DNA of 63,331 nt, the filler included, from Aduncisulcus paluster (taxonomy: Eukaryota): the NCBI GenBank assembly GCA_024181965.1. It is 11 parts of 11 records of this genome, joined end to end, with 100 filler letters (N's around TTAATTAATTAA, not from the genome) between each part and the next. Parts side by side here need not be neighbours in the genome. Positions count along the whole stretch, not along the records: positions 15,678 to 36,376 come from BQXS01000110.1; positions 36,477 to 39,298 come from BQXS01000111.1; 9 more parts are not named here. One strand, written 5' to 3'. Shown here piece by piece: positions 24,601-37,996 of the stretch. The stretch's first letter is position 1, and each line of letters opens with the position of its first letter. The position numbers and the translations under genes were made by a program. Below the pieces are notes generated by a model that did no database searches, had not been told where the DNA came from, and was given only the letters and a program-made list of their open reading frames with translations.

Positions 24601-27600
24601 CACATTCAATGTCTTCAGCGCTGCCTGAGACCTTTGATAAATCGAGCAGTAACGGAACATCTCTTAACAGCATTGATGAATTGTCAGATTTTTCGGTAGT
24701 GCATCCTCCTTTGAAGAATGCTATAATCTTCAGAGATACCAATGAAGCCCATCTTGCTCGTGTTCAACCGTCTGCTTTGTTGCAGTTTGTGTTTGATTCT
24801 GTTCCCAATTTAAAGCCACACATGACTGAAAAAATGATCAATAGTTTCAAGAAATACGTCCTTTTGGGTACTATTTCCGCGTTTATTTTATCAACTGTGG
24901 CAGTTTTATTGGTTCATTTATTCAATTCTGCCATTTTAATCTTCAATAGTATTGCTCAGATCAGCTTACAATCATCTTTGATATCGGCACAATTGTTATC
25001 AAGTATGAACCTACTTTATATGCACCAAGACGATGTTCTTCAGAGCAGAAAGATCACAGAGTTTACAACAAAGACAAATGGTAGTTCTTATGTTTCTCTT
25101 GCTTCACAGATGTCTGATGGTACTCTACTACTCGATGACAATGATTTTAATGATTTTAATGATTTGATTGGAGATGNNNNNNNNNNNNNNNNNNNNACTT
25201 TATATGCACCAAGACGATGTTCTTCAGAGCAGAAAGATCACAGAGTTTACAACAAAGACAAATGGTAGTTCTTATGTTTCTCTTGCTTCACAGATGTCTG
25301 ATGGTACTCTACTACTCGATGACAATGATTTTAATGATTTTAATGATTTGATTGGAGATGATTATTCGTCATCTGTCTCAGATAATATCCAAGTGGCTGG
25401 CGATGGCGGATATATTTTCTATGTTCCTTTCCCTGATGCACATGTAACCACATCATCAATAGTGGAGAAGCTTGGCAATAGCGTGTCTTCTGTCTTGAGC
25501 TTTTTGAAAGGAATTTTCCAAGGGTTGACACAATATCAATTTGGCAATAATTCCCATGCTATTGAACAGAGTATATTCTTTGCCAATCCTTTTTATGAAG
25601 ACTCAGCTCTCAACTCATTATTGGTATATGGTGAGATCCCAGCTGACTCCGTTATCACTGTCTCTTTTGAGGATATTGAGCGGTCATCATGGCCCTTCTC
25701 CAACTTTGAGTCTTTGAGTTCTACCCTCGATAAAAAATGGTTTAGTCATATCAATAATTATATGAGTCTATTTAATTCATTTTCATTAAGCAGTAGCTGC
25801 ACTGTCTCCTGTGAATCTGTTGATACTAACGATGAGTCAGCCATGAGCACAACAGACGTGTTTATCGGAGATGCTAGTAATAGTGCAAATACTGTATCTA
25901 GCAACTCCAATAAGTATACTGAACTTGAGGATCCTTTCTCGTTATCTGATTCTCAGAGCCAAATGTTTGATGTCACCACCACAAATTCCACAACGATGGC
26001 TGCCAAATCTACTGGGTTTGGTGACAGTTCGGGTTTTCTATCTTCCGTTATGAATACTGATTTGACTACCCCCGGTAACAACTGCATTGTTAACTTTAAT
26101 CAATGCACACCTTCACTGCAGAATGGGGAACTAATCTCTTCATATGTACCTTCTGATAGAATGGCTGAAAGAAACAATGCTAAAACCAAAACACACCCGT
26201 TGGTGGAAGAACTATCTATCGCAGGTAAATTACAATATCTATCACCCAATTTCTCTTCAATATTTGTATCATCCGTGAACTCACCTTACCTTCAACAAAA
26301 CGAAACAGATGGTGGGACCTTGTATGAGCTTGTTCTTCGCGATATCGTTGAAGTAATCAAGAGTACCGTGTACATTGATGCCATTAAGCAAACCTTAGAT
26401 GTTGATCCCGACGCGTTATTCAATCCTGGTCAAATGATGGAGCTGAACGCCGAAATGAATGTGATGCGTCATATTACGTCAGATACACATGATATGATGA
26501 GAGCTTTGTCAATGCCAATTGAGAATCTTGTTACTGGAAATGGTTTGTTCGGTTGTGCTCTTTTATTGTTGCTCGTGTTTTTCATTTATTGCATATTGTT
26601 ACTCTCTTTGTTCATAAGGAATCACATGTCGCATATTTTTAGATTTGAGAAGAAATTCAAAAACACTGTTGTTTTGTTCTCTCTGATTCCTCCTGAAGTT
26701 TCTCAAGCTATTAGATCCTCATACCAAAATATCTTACCTATTTCTGGGAATATTGACACCATGCTCAGCAAAGAATATCCATTGTTTCATTATTCAGATA
26801 GCATTGACGCTGCGGCCAAGATTATGTTGCTTAGTGGGAAAAATATTGACGCTGATCGTGAATTAAAGAAACTTGACCTTCTTCGAGCTCGAGTGAAAGA
26901 AGAAGAAGGAGAAATTGATGATCTCTTAAAAGAAATCGAAGGTATCAACCCCTTTAGCTCCCTTGAAGACATTCAGGATGAGATGGACAAAGAGCTAAAA
27001 ATAGCACGTGAGAAAGAAGCAAACGATCAGGGCAGTCAACATCCTAGCAGATCATATAGTTCTGAAAACACTTTCTCTCTTTCTTCAAACAAACGGGCCA
27101 ACTCTCATGATGCTTCTTCCGTACAGCCAGCTTCCCACGATCATGATGACCTCAATGCTAACACTATCTTGATGAAATACAATTCTTTGCTGGATGTCAG
27201 AAAAGAAGGTTCTGTTGAATTCTCCGATGATCTTTCACATTCCATTCATGAGCAATTCATCCTTCACCCTTCTGCTAACATCAGTGTTGTTGCTAATAGT
27301 GGTAGAAGTCACAAGACTACCAGGACAGCTACTACTGGACCAAACCATAGCAAAAGAGGAACAATTGATCGTGATGGGAATAGAATGAAGCATTTTGATG
27401 ATCACTTCAATCCTCATGGGATTGGAGGCAGTGCCAGAGGCAGTGCAAGAAGTAGTGGAAGGGGGACTTCTTCCATATCTCCATCCTCTTCCTCTTCTTC
27501 TTCTTCTACAGAGTCTTCTTCATTCAGAGGAAAAGATATGGCAGACAATATTGCTGAACCTAAAGGTCGTCCCCGTGCTGCATCAATTGTTGAGCTTGAT

Positions 27601-30600
27601 ATTGAGCAAGAGAAGGAAGGAATAGTTTCTATGATGGTTGGCAAAGAATTTGAGGAGGAAAATGGTAAAGGTATGTTAGAATTCAAACAAAATCCCAATC
27701 AACTCTCGGTGTCAGGTGATGAAGTTGATGAATACTCTATCAAAACTGAAGATTCTGAGGAATCATCCTCAATATATCGAGATCACAAACTTGATGTCCA
27801 AGAACTCGGGAAAGGGAAAGAGCAGCCTTGGGAAGAGCATGGACAAGAGCATGTAAGTGTCAGTGTCAGTGAAGACCATGTTCAGGACCAAGATCAGACT
27901 CTGGATGGAGATCTACACGTAGATCAAGAGGAAGAAAGAATATCCGCTATTTGTAATGTAGATGTCACAGGAGGTGAGCTGTTGTTTGGTACTGAGATCC
28001 ATCAAGTTCACTCGATTTCGGCACAAGGGATGAACATTTTCCTACCATCTGCCTCTGACGAAGGCTCAAATCCAGGATCATCGAGTGGAGACACTTCGAT
28101 TGTTCCATTATCACCGAGATCCCTCAAGAAGATCAGCAATGATTACTTCTCTGATATATCTGACTCTTCTTTGCCCACCACAACCAGAAGCAGAAGTGAC
28201 AATGATATTCAACACAATGATATTCAACACAATGCTCATGGTCATGGTCATGGTCATGCTTCTAGTATGAGAGTTGCTGAGGTTGAAGAAGAAGAGGAAG
28301 AAAAAGTTGATTCTGATTCTTTCCAACGGTTCTCAAAGCTCATTGCAAACCTTAACAATGAAAACGATCCAACGAATAATTCCAGATCACCAAAGCCCCG
28401 TGGAATGTCAACTGATACTCTATCTGTGACATCATCCCAGTCTCATGGCTCTGATTCTTTGTCTCCAAGAGAAGCTAGGAAGGTGAGAGCAAGCAGTGGT
28501 AGAGGACAAAAAGAAGAAGTTAACCAGAACGGTGATCGTTCCTCTGATTCAAGCAAAGAAGAATCGCCTTACTTGCGTTCTTTAACCAATCTTCCTGACA
28601 TTCCTTCCCTTCGATTTCTTGAAGCAAAAAAGCTTGACGAGGAGTATGACAATGAAAAGAAAGTCACCGTTCGATTAAATTATTCAGAGTCAGAGTCAGA
28701 TTCTGGTTCTGGTTCTGGTTCTGCTCGTGATAGACGCGGTGAACGTGATGGACGCGGTGGTGTCGATATGAAAGAGCCAACAACAAAACATGGGATTGTT
28801 GATCACGGTAAAATTGAACAGGAATCTCATGAACTTGTGAGTGTGAACCACCAGACCAATGTTGACGAGACGTCAATAGTTCCATATGATCCGGAAAAGG
28901 AAAGTATGGATTCAGAGTCTTGGGGCGAGTATCTTGCTGATTCTGTTGCCTCATTCTCTCGTCTTAGTCAAGTATCCCAGTCTCATGGCTCTGATTCTTT
29001 GTCTCCAAGAGAAGCTAGGAAGGTGAGAGCAAGCAGTGGTAGAGGACAAAAAGAAGAAGTTAACCAGAACGGTGATCGTTCCTCTGATTCAAGCAAAGAA
29101 GAATCGCCTTACTTGCGTTCTTTAACCAATCTTCCTGACATTCCTTCCCTTCGATTTCTTGAAGCAAAAAAGCTTGACGAGGAGTATGACAATGAAAAGA
29201 AAGTCACCGTTCGATTAAATTATTCAGAGTCAGAGTCAGATTCTGGTTCTGGTTCTGGTTCTGCTCGTGATAGACGCGGTGAACGTGATGGACGCGGTGG
29301 TGTCGATATGAAAGAGCCAACAACAAAACATGGGATTGTTGATCACGGTAAAATTGAACAGGAATCTCATGAACTTGTGAGTGTGAACCACCAGACCAAT
29401 GTTGACGAGACGTCAATAGTTCCATATGATCCGGAAAAGGAAAGTATGGATTCAGAGTCTTGGGGCGAGTATCTTGCTGATTCTGTTGCCTCATTCTCTC
29501 GTCTTAGTCAAGTTTCAGTGAGAACAAGCGTATTTTTAATGATTGTGTCTTTCCTTCTCGTTCCTATTGGTTTTGTATGGTTTTCTAAACAATGGTATCA
29601 TTATGAAACACAAGTATTCGGTTCATTGGATGATTTCTCAGCCATTTCAACAATTAGAGCTGCCTCAGCATTGTTGTTCTACTCTATATCTCAGACAATA
29701 GTCTCTCCTTTAATTGCTGCTCATGGTAGTGATTTTGTCAACGATTTCATTGGTGTCGGATACGAAATTGCCAACCCTTCAATGATGGATATGTACCATC
29801 AATTGTCCAATCTGTCAGTGAGTTTTCTTAATCAGGCCCTTGATCTCCAATCTTTCATCTCTTTTCGTGAATATGGTGATAAACATCCGTATTTTTCTTA
29901 TTCTAAGAGTTTTTGGAATCAAGCAGAACCATCTGATTCTTCCATGGCCTTTTCAGATAAAAGATCTTCTCGTGCCGTATTTAACAAGTGTTTCTCTCTG
30001 TTAGATGGGATTATAGTAGATTTGCAGTCGAAATCCATTGAATCTGGAGAGATTGATCGTGCAATTGAATATATTCTTGATCATTCCAAATCTCTTGCGC
30101 TAATTGGTGAAGAGCTGACCCAACTAATCAACAAAGCTTCAAAGTTTGACAGTAGAGTTGGATTAAAAGAAACCGATTTCAATGGCATTTTGTTATCCCC
30201 TTCTGGAATTATGTCTCGTTCTGGAACACTTAGCCAATACTTTATTCCTGACCTTGAAGCATTTTCTGATAACATTTCTGTTCCTAATGAACTCGTAGAT
30301 ATCTCTTACACTTTCACTCCACTCGTAATCCTTGGTATTCATGTCATTGGCATTGTTGTGGTACTTGCTTGTGGAATTATTGCTGCCGTTTTGGTCGAGC
30401 GTAATCGTGCAAGGCTTCACAAGGCCAAAATGACCATTCGTTTCTCTGATCTCGCCGAATCTGTTGAATCTAACAATTCTTTGGAATTTATTTCTGGCAA
30501 GAAAATGTACAGTGACAGGTTTCTTTGCTCGGTGGGTGAAGGAGTTCATTCCCTCAATTCTCGATGTTATTGTCCTTGCGATTATAGGTTATTGTGGTTT

Positions 30601-33057
30601 ATTGCGGCAATTGCAAGTAGCGTTGCTATCATTTTCTTTTCATTTGTCCAGAATATATCCGTCTTCGCTGAGCTTGAGAATCGATCAATGGTACCACTTC
30701 ATCGTTATCGAGATGTTGTCATCACTGCAGAGGCCTTGAATTCAATGGTAGGTGCTTGGATGGCTACTCTAGATGCAGAATTGACCTATCAAGATAACTG
30801 TTTCTCTCCTAACTGTCCCAGTGAAATAGAGATGAATAATATGATAACCCGAATGTTTGAAAGCGTTGTCGTACCTTCAAAGCTTGTTAATCAGCTTTCT
30901 TCAGACTTGGTTGACATTCTTCACACATCTTTGAGTTGGTCAAATATCTCATACGCTTTTCTTGATACCGTTTCCAATTATTCTCTGAAAGATATCAGTG
31001 GCTCTGATGTCAAAGTCAACTTATTTCCCCATTCTAATTTCTTCTCACAATCTATTCTTATCGCTTCCTTGAATTTATGTGATCTTAATGTAGATTCTGA
31101 AGGTGATTATACTCTGGCTTCTTGTAACTTAATCACCGAGAACATTCTCAATTATTCTTCCTCAAATGATTTGATTGATTACAGCTTAATCACGAAGGAT
31201 AGCATTCGATCTGTATTTTCAGATATGTATGATATAATGACTGTCCAATCAACAGCTTTCCAGGATATAATCTTCTTCTCTTCGCTGAAACAATTTGGCC
31301 TATTATCCAATTCTAACCAAACAGATTTGCTGGCTTTGATGTGTTCTATAACCATCTTCACGGGATTTTTCATCATTATGCGTTCTATTTGCATGATTTC
31401 CAGTGGTATTTCCCAGCTTACCGAAAAAATTACATCTTCAATATGGTATGTCATGAAAGCTCAGTACAATTTCCTCATTAGCATTCACCAAACTGGTAAA
31501 GGCGATCCATCTATGCAAAAATCAGCCTTTTTGCAACCTATTGATGCAAATAATTCCCACATGCAATCTATTCTTGCTCCTTCAGAGAATGAGACAAATG
31601 TCCATAAAACCAATTGTACAAGAGGTCCCAGTGAGGTCGTTGCTGAGAAAGAGAAGAAGTATGATATGGTTAGATCTGTATATTTCCCCGAAGAAAGTAG
31701 ACTAATACAACAGCAGTGTATCAAGATAGATATGTTTCCATCTAGTATTACTTCCCGTACATTAACTCATCGTTCTTCTTCATTGCTTCCCCACATCGAC
31801 CATGAGCAATTTGATGATTATTCCAGTGTCAGTGCCAATGTCAGTGCCAGTGTTATTACTGGAGGTGCCAGACACAAGAATAAGACTGATGGACAGAAGG
31901 GTGGTATATCTTCCATCAGCAACTCTGTGCCCATTTCTTCTTCTTCGATTCATATTGAAGCCAATCACAAAGAGAAAGAAAAAGAAAAAGAAAAAGAGAG
32001 AGATAAAGAAAAAGAAAAAGAGAGAGATAAAGAGAGAGATAAATCACAGTCTCATATCATTTGTGATGTGACTGTCCTTAATGATGATATGAGTAGTGAA
32101 GCTGAAATCGATGATATGATGTCAAAGAATAATCACAATCTCCCTCAAGATCTTGCATGTTTCTCTTCAGATCTTTTACGTGAAGAAATTCAATCTCGAA
32201 GCGCTCTATTGAAAATTCCTCCGAATGTTCCTCTTTCCAGGCTCAAAATGTTTACAGTCCTAACATTTTCCATATTACTCATCTTCCAGGTATTTAATTC
32301 GATAACATTTGTGTATCAATTTTATAGAGCAAGGAGTAATTTCTTGCTTTCTGAAGAATATGAAAGGGTGTCCAATCTTGTAACTTCCATTATTAATCAT
32401 ATTTCCTTTGAAGCTATTGAGAATTCACCTAATAACATTGTTAGTGAGCACCAACCAAAGTTTTTGCATGATATGGTCTCCCATTTGGAATCAAAACTTC
32501 AGAAAACTTTTATCAAAATAGAACTTGTCGATTTCCATTGTCCAGAACATTATGATGAATTATGTGAGGAATGGAAGGAAGAATTCTCAATTCTAAATTT
32601 AGATGATGAGAATCATATCACTTCACGAGTTTTATACACCTTTTTGAACACTGCAAATTCATTTATTGACCTCCAGTATTCTGATTATGAAAGTGAAGAG
32701 ACGCACGAGGAATTAATTTCAATGATGAGTAAGTTTGTCATTGAAAGTCACTTGGTTTTGCAGTTTTTCTCAGGACAAATGGATAGATCGCATGCTGTTT
32801 CAGTCAATGCTATTTTGGTGATGACCTGGATTCTGGGTGTCATTGTTTTTGAAGCTATTATTCTAAATATAGTACATTATTGTATTGTTTGGTTAATGTC
32901 ACACAAGATTCGAGAAATGGACGTTGGATTGCAATTTATGGGTTATTTGATTCACAAATCATGGCTCGAGCCGTTCGGTCTGCATGGATTGTTCCAATCA
33001 ATCATGGAGCAGTCAAATAGCGATGAAAGAGTCAACTGGAACAATGATGAAGATTAA
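15678..33057 (+). CDS. Giant Ser/His-rich multi-pass membrane protein of unknown function (at least 5500 aa, 5'-partial)
   Basis: The 3193-aa and 2629-aa ORFs join in frame once the duplicated overlap at gap 25177-25196 (offset 184) is collapsed. Paired hydrophobic segments flank luminal-type regions and alternate with long low-complexity stretches. Confidence 0.8.
28434..29513 (+). repeat. Identical in-frame tandem duplication of 540 bp (180 aa)
   Basis: 28434-28973 matches 28974-29513. Confidence 0.92.
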
Positions 33058-33309
33058 AAGAGTGTGTTCGTCATAAGTAGAGTAGATTTTTAATAAAAAT
33101 TGGGCTATTTTATCATTTTTATTATGAAGTTTCCGCTCAGCATAATCTGATCTAAGTCGCAAAATAAATATCAATAAAAATAATAATATATTATAATTTA
33201 CCCCGATTTTCCTTGTAAAAAGCCAATTATTAAGAATTCAAAGAAAACAGAATTGATTTTCACTTTTTGTCGTGAAATTAAATTTATTTGAGTATTTTTG
33301 TTTATTATT

Positions 33310-36300
33310 ATGGTTAAATATATAAAAGTTGTTTTTATTGGAGATCATGTAGCTGGAAAAACTTGTTTGATTAATCGAATAGCGAGAAAAGAGTTTCCCA
33401 AGTCTCCTCCGACTTCTACAGTTGGTATTAACTTCGAAACCAAAGAAGTTCCTTTATATGATATTAAATTAAATATATATGAATTAGCTTGGCAGTCAGA
33501 GTTTGATACATCCCTTATGACTGGGTGTCATGCCGTTCTAATTGTATTTAGCGTTCTAAAAGAGCAGTCTTTTGAAAATGCGAAGGAAAAATATAAATTA
33601 TTGTTGAAAAAATATCGACATGACCTTGTTGTTGCCCTTGTAGGAAATAAGATTGATCGTGATTCTGAACGTGTCGTCTCCCGACACACTGCCGAGGAAT
33701 TTGCTAGCAATAATCACTTATTATATTTCGAAACAAGTGCCAAAAGTGGTCATAGTGTCGCAGAAATGGTCAATAGCATCTCTCAAAAATGCCTTATTGT
33801 AAAAAATTATACTTTGTGTGATTATAGCGAAGGAATCCATCCATATTATCGTCCTGATCCTGCAGACAAATACATTGGACCCTTTATTGATGACTCTTTA
33901 AAGTGTGTTGTTGATCTTGATAAAGTTAAGTCTCCCGAGTACACCCAACCTAAACTTATTAAGTTCTTCCAAAATAAGGCCACTCTGACATTTACAGCAG
34001 ATTTTCCTGAACCCAATTTAATGATTTCATTCGTTGAACCCCATATTATTGGCCAGGTCTGGATTAGTAGTCAAAATATTCCCACTGGTTTAAAAGCCTT
34101 CTGTATGAATTTTACAACGGTCGATGGAAAAGTTGAAACATATTATTATTCCTCAGATTCGGCTATTCCGCCTAAGTGCTTTTTCTGGGGTAAATTCTAT
34201 CTTGATACACCAGTCCCGATTATTTCATGTACTCTTCAAGTTCTCTCCCCCTCTATGAAAGAAAAACAAACAAAGGTTCAAATTCATGCCATTCGTTTTG
34301 TTATAGACCCTCGAAAAGAAGAACAGAGAAGGGAAGTGCAAAAACGAGTAGAAATCCAACGATTGATGGGTGATTTCATAGCTGATACCAAAGCAGATAT
34401 GATAAGGATTCGAGAAGATTTATCTGCAACCAGAAGAGCGTTAGACATGACCAATCGCCAACTCCACGATGAGATGGAGATGCGACTTATGTTAGAAGCT
34501 GAACTTGAGACAGAAAAGAAATTTCGAAGATTGGATAGAGAAGAATTTGAGAAACATCTCGCCTTAAAACAGACACAGATCGATTCACTATCATGTAAAC
34601 TCGATAAGCAGAAACAAACCTCTGAAACCAATAGATTACAACTCGTATGTAACATTAGATCTCTTCAACGTGAATTATCTTGTGTTTCTGATCGAGTTGC
34701 TGGAAAGACACCGCTATTATGTGATAATGTTACCAAAAGATACGATAAAATTCTATCTCATCGCGCCTCTGTTCTTTCTCCGTTGGGTGAGTATGTTGTT
34801 GTCAGTTGTGATATTGATTCGATGAGTTCCAAATTGATGTCGAGCGTTCCTTGTTCACTTTGGCACAATACTTTGTCTTCAAACTCTTTTCCTTCAGGTG
34901 ATGCAATATTTGGTATTCTGAGTATGTATAGAGCTTTACAAGATGGATATCACGAGGGATCTATCAGTGGATTAATTCACAATATTCATGAGAGTATCCG
35001 TCATATTACATTCAAAATGATTGAACTAGGCAAGAAAATGCATTTATATTCCCTCGATCATCCCCAACCAACCCATTTTGCTTCACCTTCTGCAATCGAT
35101 CATGAAAGATCGCCTGATTATGTTTCTTCTCCCCAGATTGATGTTGTTAATGACGACTCCACATATGGAGAAATATCTCCCCAAGACATTGTTGCTCAAT
35201 GTATGGTGAAGATATCCCCGATACCGTCTTCGAGGGAACTCATGGAACGTGTTAGAATGCTTGAGAAAATTACTCAGAATGTTGCTCCTCACGTTAGTGT
35301 ATCTAATGTGCAATGTGTAGTTAATCAAGGGGAAGCATGCATCAACAGTGTCGTACCATTCTTATCTTTCATTTTTACTGGAGATTCCAAGACATACGCA
35401 ACTCCTAATATGCTATTATCTAACAGAGATCGTATGAGTGCTGGAATGTATGTCTGTTTGCAAAAATATGTCGCCAAAACTAAACGTTTCAACGATATTG
35501 TTAAGAAATTCAATTTTATTTCTTCCAGAGGCGTTGATTTGTGTGATATTGAAGGGAAATGTTGGAGCGAACGTATTTCTTCAATTTGTCCAAATTTTGA
35601 TTTCCTCCTTCATTCACTGAGTTCAATGAAAGATCTTTCAGACGATTCTTGTGATGATTCTTGTTGTTATAGCAACCAAAAAGATGTCCAAATAGATGAC
35701 AAATTGGGGATTGGAAAAGAAGATGAAAGCAGATTTGATGTTTCAACAACTCGTGGTTTGTCCACAATTTCTATTGATAGTATCATTCACATGCCCTTAC
35801 CGCCTTCAACTCTTCCTCCAAGGCAACCATCGATATCTCCTTCTTCTTCTAACACTTTCCCAACATTTTCCCAGGTCCAGAGTTCTTCTTCTTTCGCGGA
35901 TAAGGGACTTCTTGCAACGATGCAGTATAAATTTTCGACCATGACCTCGCCACCGATATCCACATTACACTCTCAACACACGAGCACGATGACATCACTC
36001 CATTCATCGCTGTCCAACTTATGTCAGCTCATCTGTTCACACGTTTCCAACTGTGTGTCTCAAGGATCATGCACGGATTCTAAGCTTGCGAGTCTTCAGT
36101 GTCGTGTTGAAGGCAAGAAGTGTGATGATGCGTTCATCAAGAGTGCAAGTCTTGTTGAAGCCGAGGAACATGTGACAAAGCAATGTGAAGATGAATCGGC
36201 CTGTTTGAACGATCTTTGCAAGCTTCTGTGTCTTGATGGTGTGTTCATGTGTTCTTGTACTTATCCTTCGCATGAGTCCGTTGTGGAAGAGATCATCTCG

Positions 36301-36376
36301 ACGGTGTCGTCTGTGCTGGACATGCTGTGTGTGTACATTGCCATGGTCTGTGAATTCCACGAAGCATTGTGTTTGT
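33310..36376 (+). CDS. Atypical Rab-family GTPase fused to a beta-rich module, a coiled coil and a long helical C-terminus, 3'-partial
   Basis: G1 GDHVAGKT, G2 STVGINF, G4 NKID and G5 ETSAK are present; G3 reads IYELAWQ instead of IWDTAGQ. A module similar to the A/B repeats follows, then a charged coiled coil (EEQRREVQKRVE...LQRELS). Confidence 0.85.
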
Positions 36377-36476
36377 NNNNNNNNNNNNNNNNNNNNNNNN
36401 NNNNNNNNNNNNNNNNNNNNTTAATTAATTAANNNNNNNNNNNNNNNNNNNNNNNNNNNNNNNNNNNNNNNNNNNN

Positions 36477-37201
36477 GACACGCCCCAATTGTCAGTGGGA
36501 CGGCTTCCCCATCTTCTGCAAGAGCTGCTTCTCCAACAAGCTCTCGGGAATACAAGAATAGAAGAGTTCCAAAGGGATATAAGCCTCGTCAAGATCTGTA
36601 TGGGTCCTGGATTGCAAAGAAACCTTCGAAGGCCGATAAGTTCTCATTTGATTTCTGGGTTGAGAGTGTCGAAGAACTGAAGATAATCTTACGCGGAGAT
36701 AAAGAATGTGAGATTGATGGAAAGAGTCTCCACTCTTGTGCTCTTAACATTTGTAAGATATGCGTGGCTCTATGTGGTGGAAATGAACAACACGGTGGGA
36801 GTGCCGAAGAGGAGAAAGTTGTGTTTGATTCCGATTTAATCGTATCTAATCCATACTCTCACTTCCTGATGCCCATCGGTCATTGGATTGTGAAACGGGC
36901 TGCTAAATGTGGCATTGTTGATCATTTCCTCCCCCATCGTCTCATTGGACCTCTCTGGGGAGTTGTTTCTTGGTTCTTGATGGAAAGAGAAGGTGTTCAT
37001 GTGTCCCATCTCGTGCTCGAGAGTGCCTATGAGACCCTTGATCGAAAGTTTAGACGAGAGAAGGAGAGTATTATTCGTGCCAAGGAAGGTGTCTCGAAAC
37101 CTCTGGAAGATCATGAATCTTGTATGATGGTAGAAGTCGATGTCGATCTTGAAGATGTTGTCATTGCAAGGAAAAAGATCCGTGTTTCAAGAAAATTATA
37201 G
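36477..37201 (+). CDS. Hypothetical protein, C-terminal fragment
   Basis: The frame of ORF 36764-37201 is open back to the contig edge (HAPIVSGTAS...). AT-rich intergenic DNA follows the stop. Confidence 0.6.
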
Positions 37202-37996
37202 GTCAAATTGTGTGAAAATATTGCGGAGCGATTTTTTAACAGTTATGATTTGTTTACTTTTAGGTTAGTTTAACCTACCGATCAATTTGAAATAATCAAT
37301 AATAATAAATAATTTTTTTCAACCCGGAGCTTCGTTTAGAAACTCCTGGTTCACCAAGGGAATTGATGTATAAGACTATTCTTGGATGAGTAGAAGAGGT
37401 TCCACTATGGATTTATTGTAATGTATCTGAAGGAACAAAGTATAAAATCATTATATTCTATCATAATTCACTCAGATTCAAGATTAATATGTTAACCCTG
37501 TTTAGGGTGGCTAGCAAATTTATTATCGAGAATTAGAGCCGGTACATGCCGGTAACTACCGGTTATACATCAACAAATACAATAATATCTATTTTTGAGA
37601 GTCAATGATACCAACATGAGAATCAAAGTTAATATTTAAATAGAAGAAAAATTACACGATTGTACAACATAAAGGGTTTCCAATATAATATCCGAAATAT
37701 ATCGATTTGTTTGGAGTTCGATCAAGGATCAGAGTTGGACATGAATCGAATTCAAAGAAAAACAAGTCAATTGTTGTAATGTCCAGATCTTTGAAAGGTT
37801 CCAAAAACTACAAATATGGGACTTTTTGAAGTTCGATTTGTTATAATTATTAATTATCAAGCACACAAGGATACGAAATCCAAAAATAATGATACAAGAT
37901 GAGCTATCTTGAAGAATAAAAAAACAAAAAATTTATCCGGATGAGTATTAATGTAGAAATTGGATTATTTAGAATACAAGAAAGCATGAAAACTCC

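Noticed and set aside
37496-37566. TAGGGTGGC start followed by CCGGT repeats, resembling a hAT end
   Set aside because: No matching inverted terminus or TSD found on this contig.
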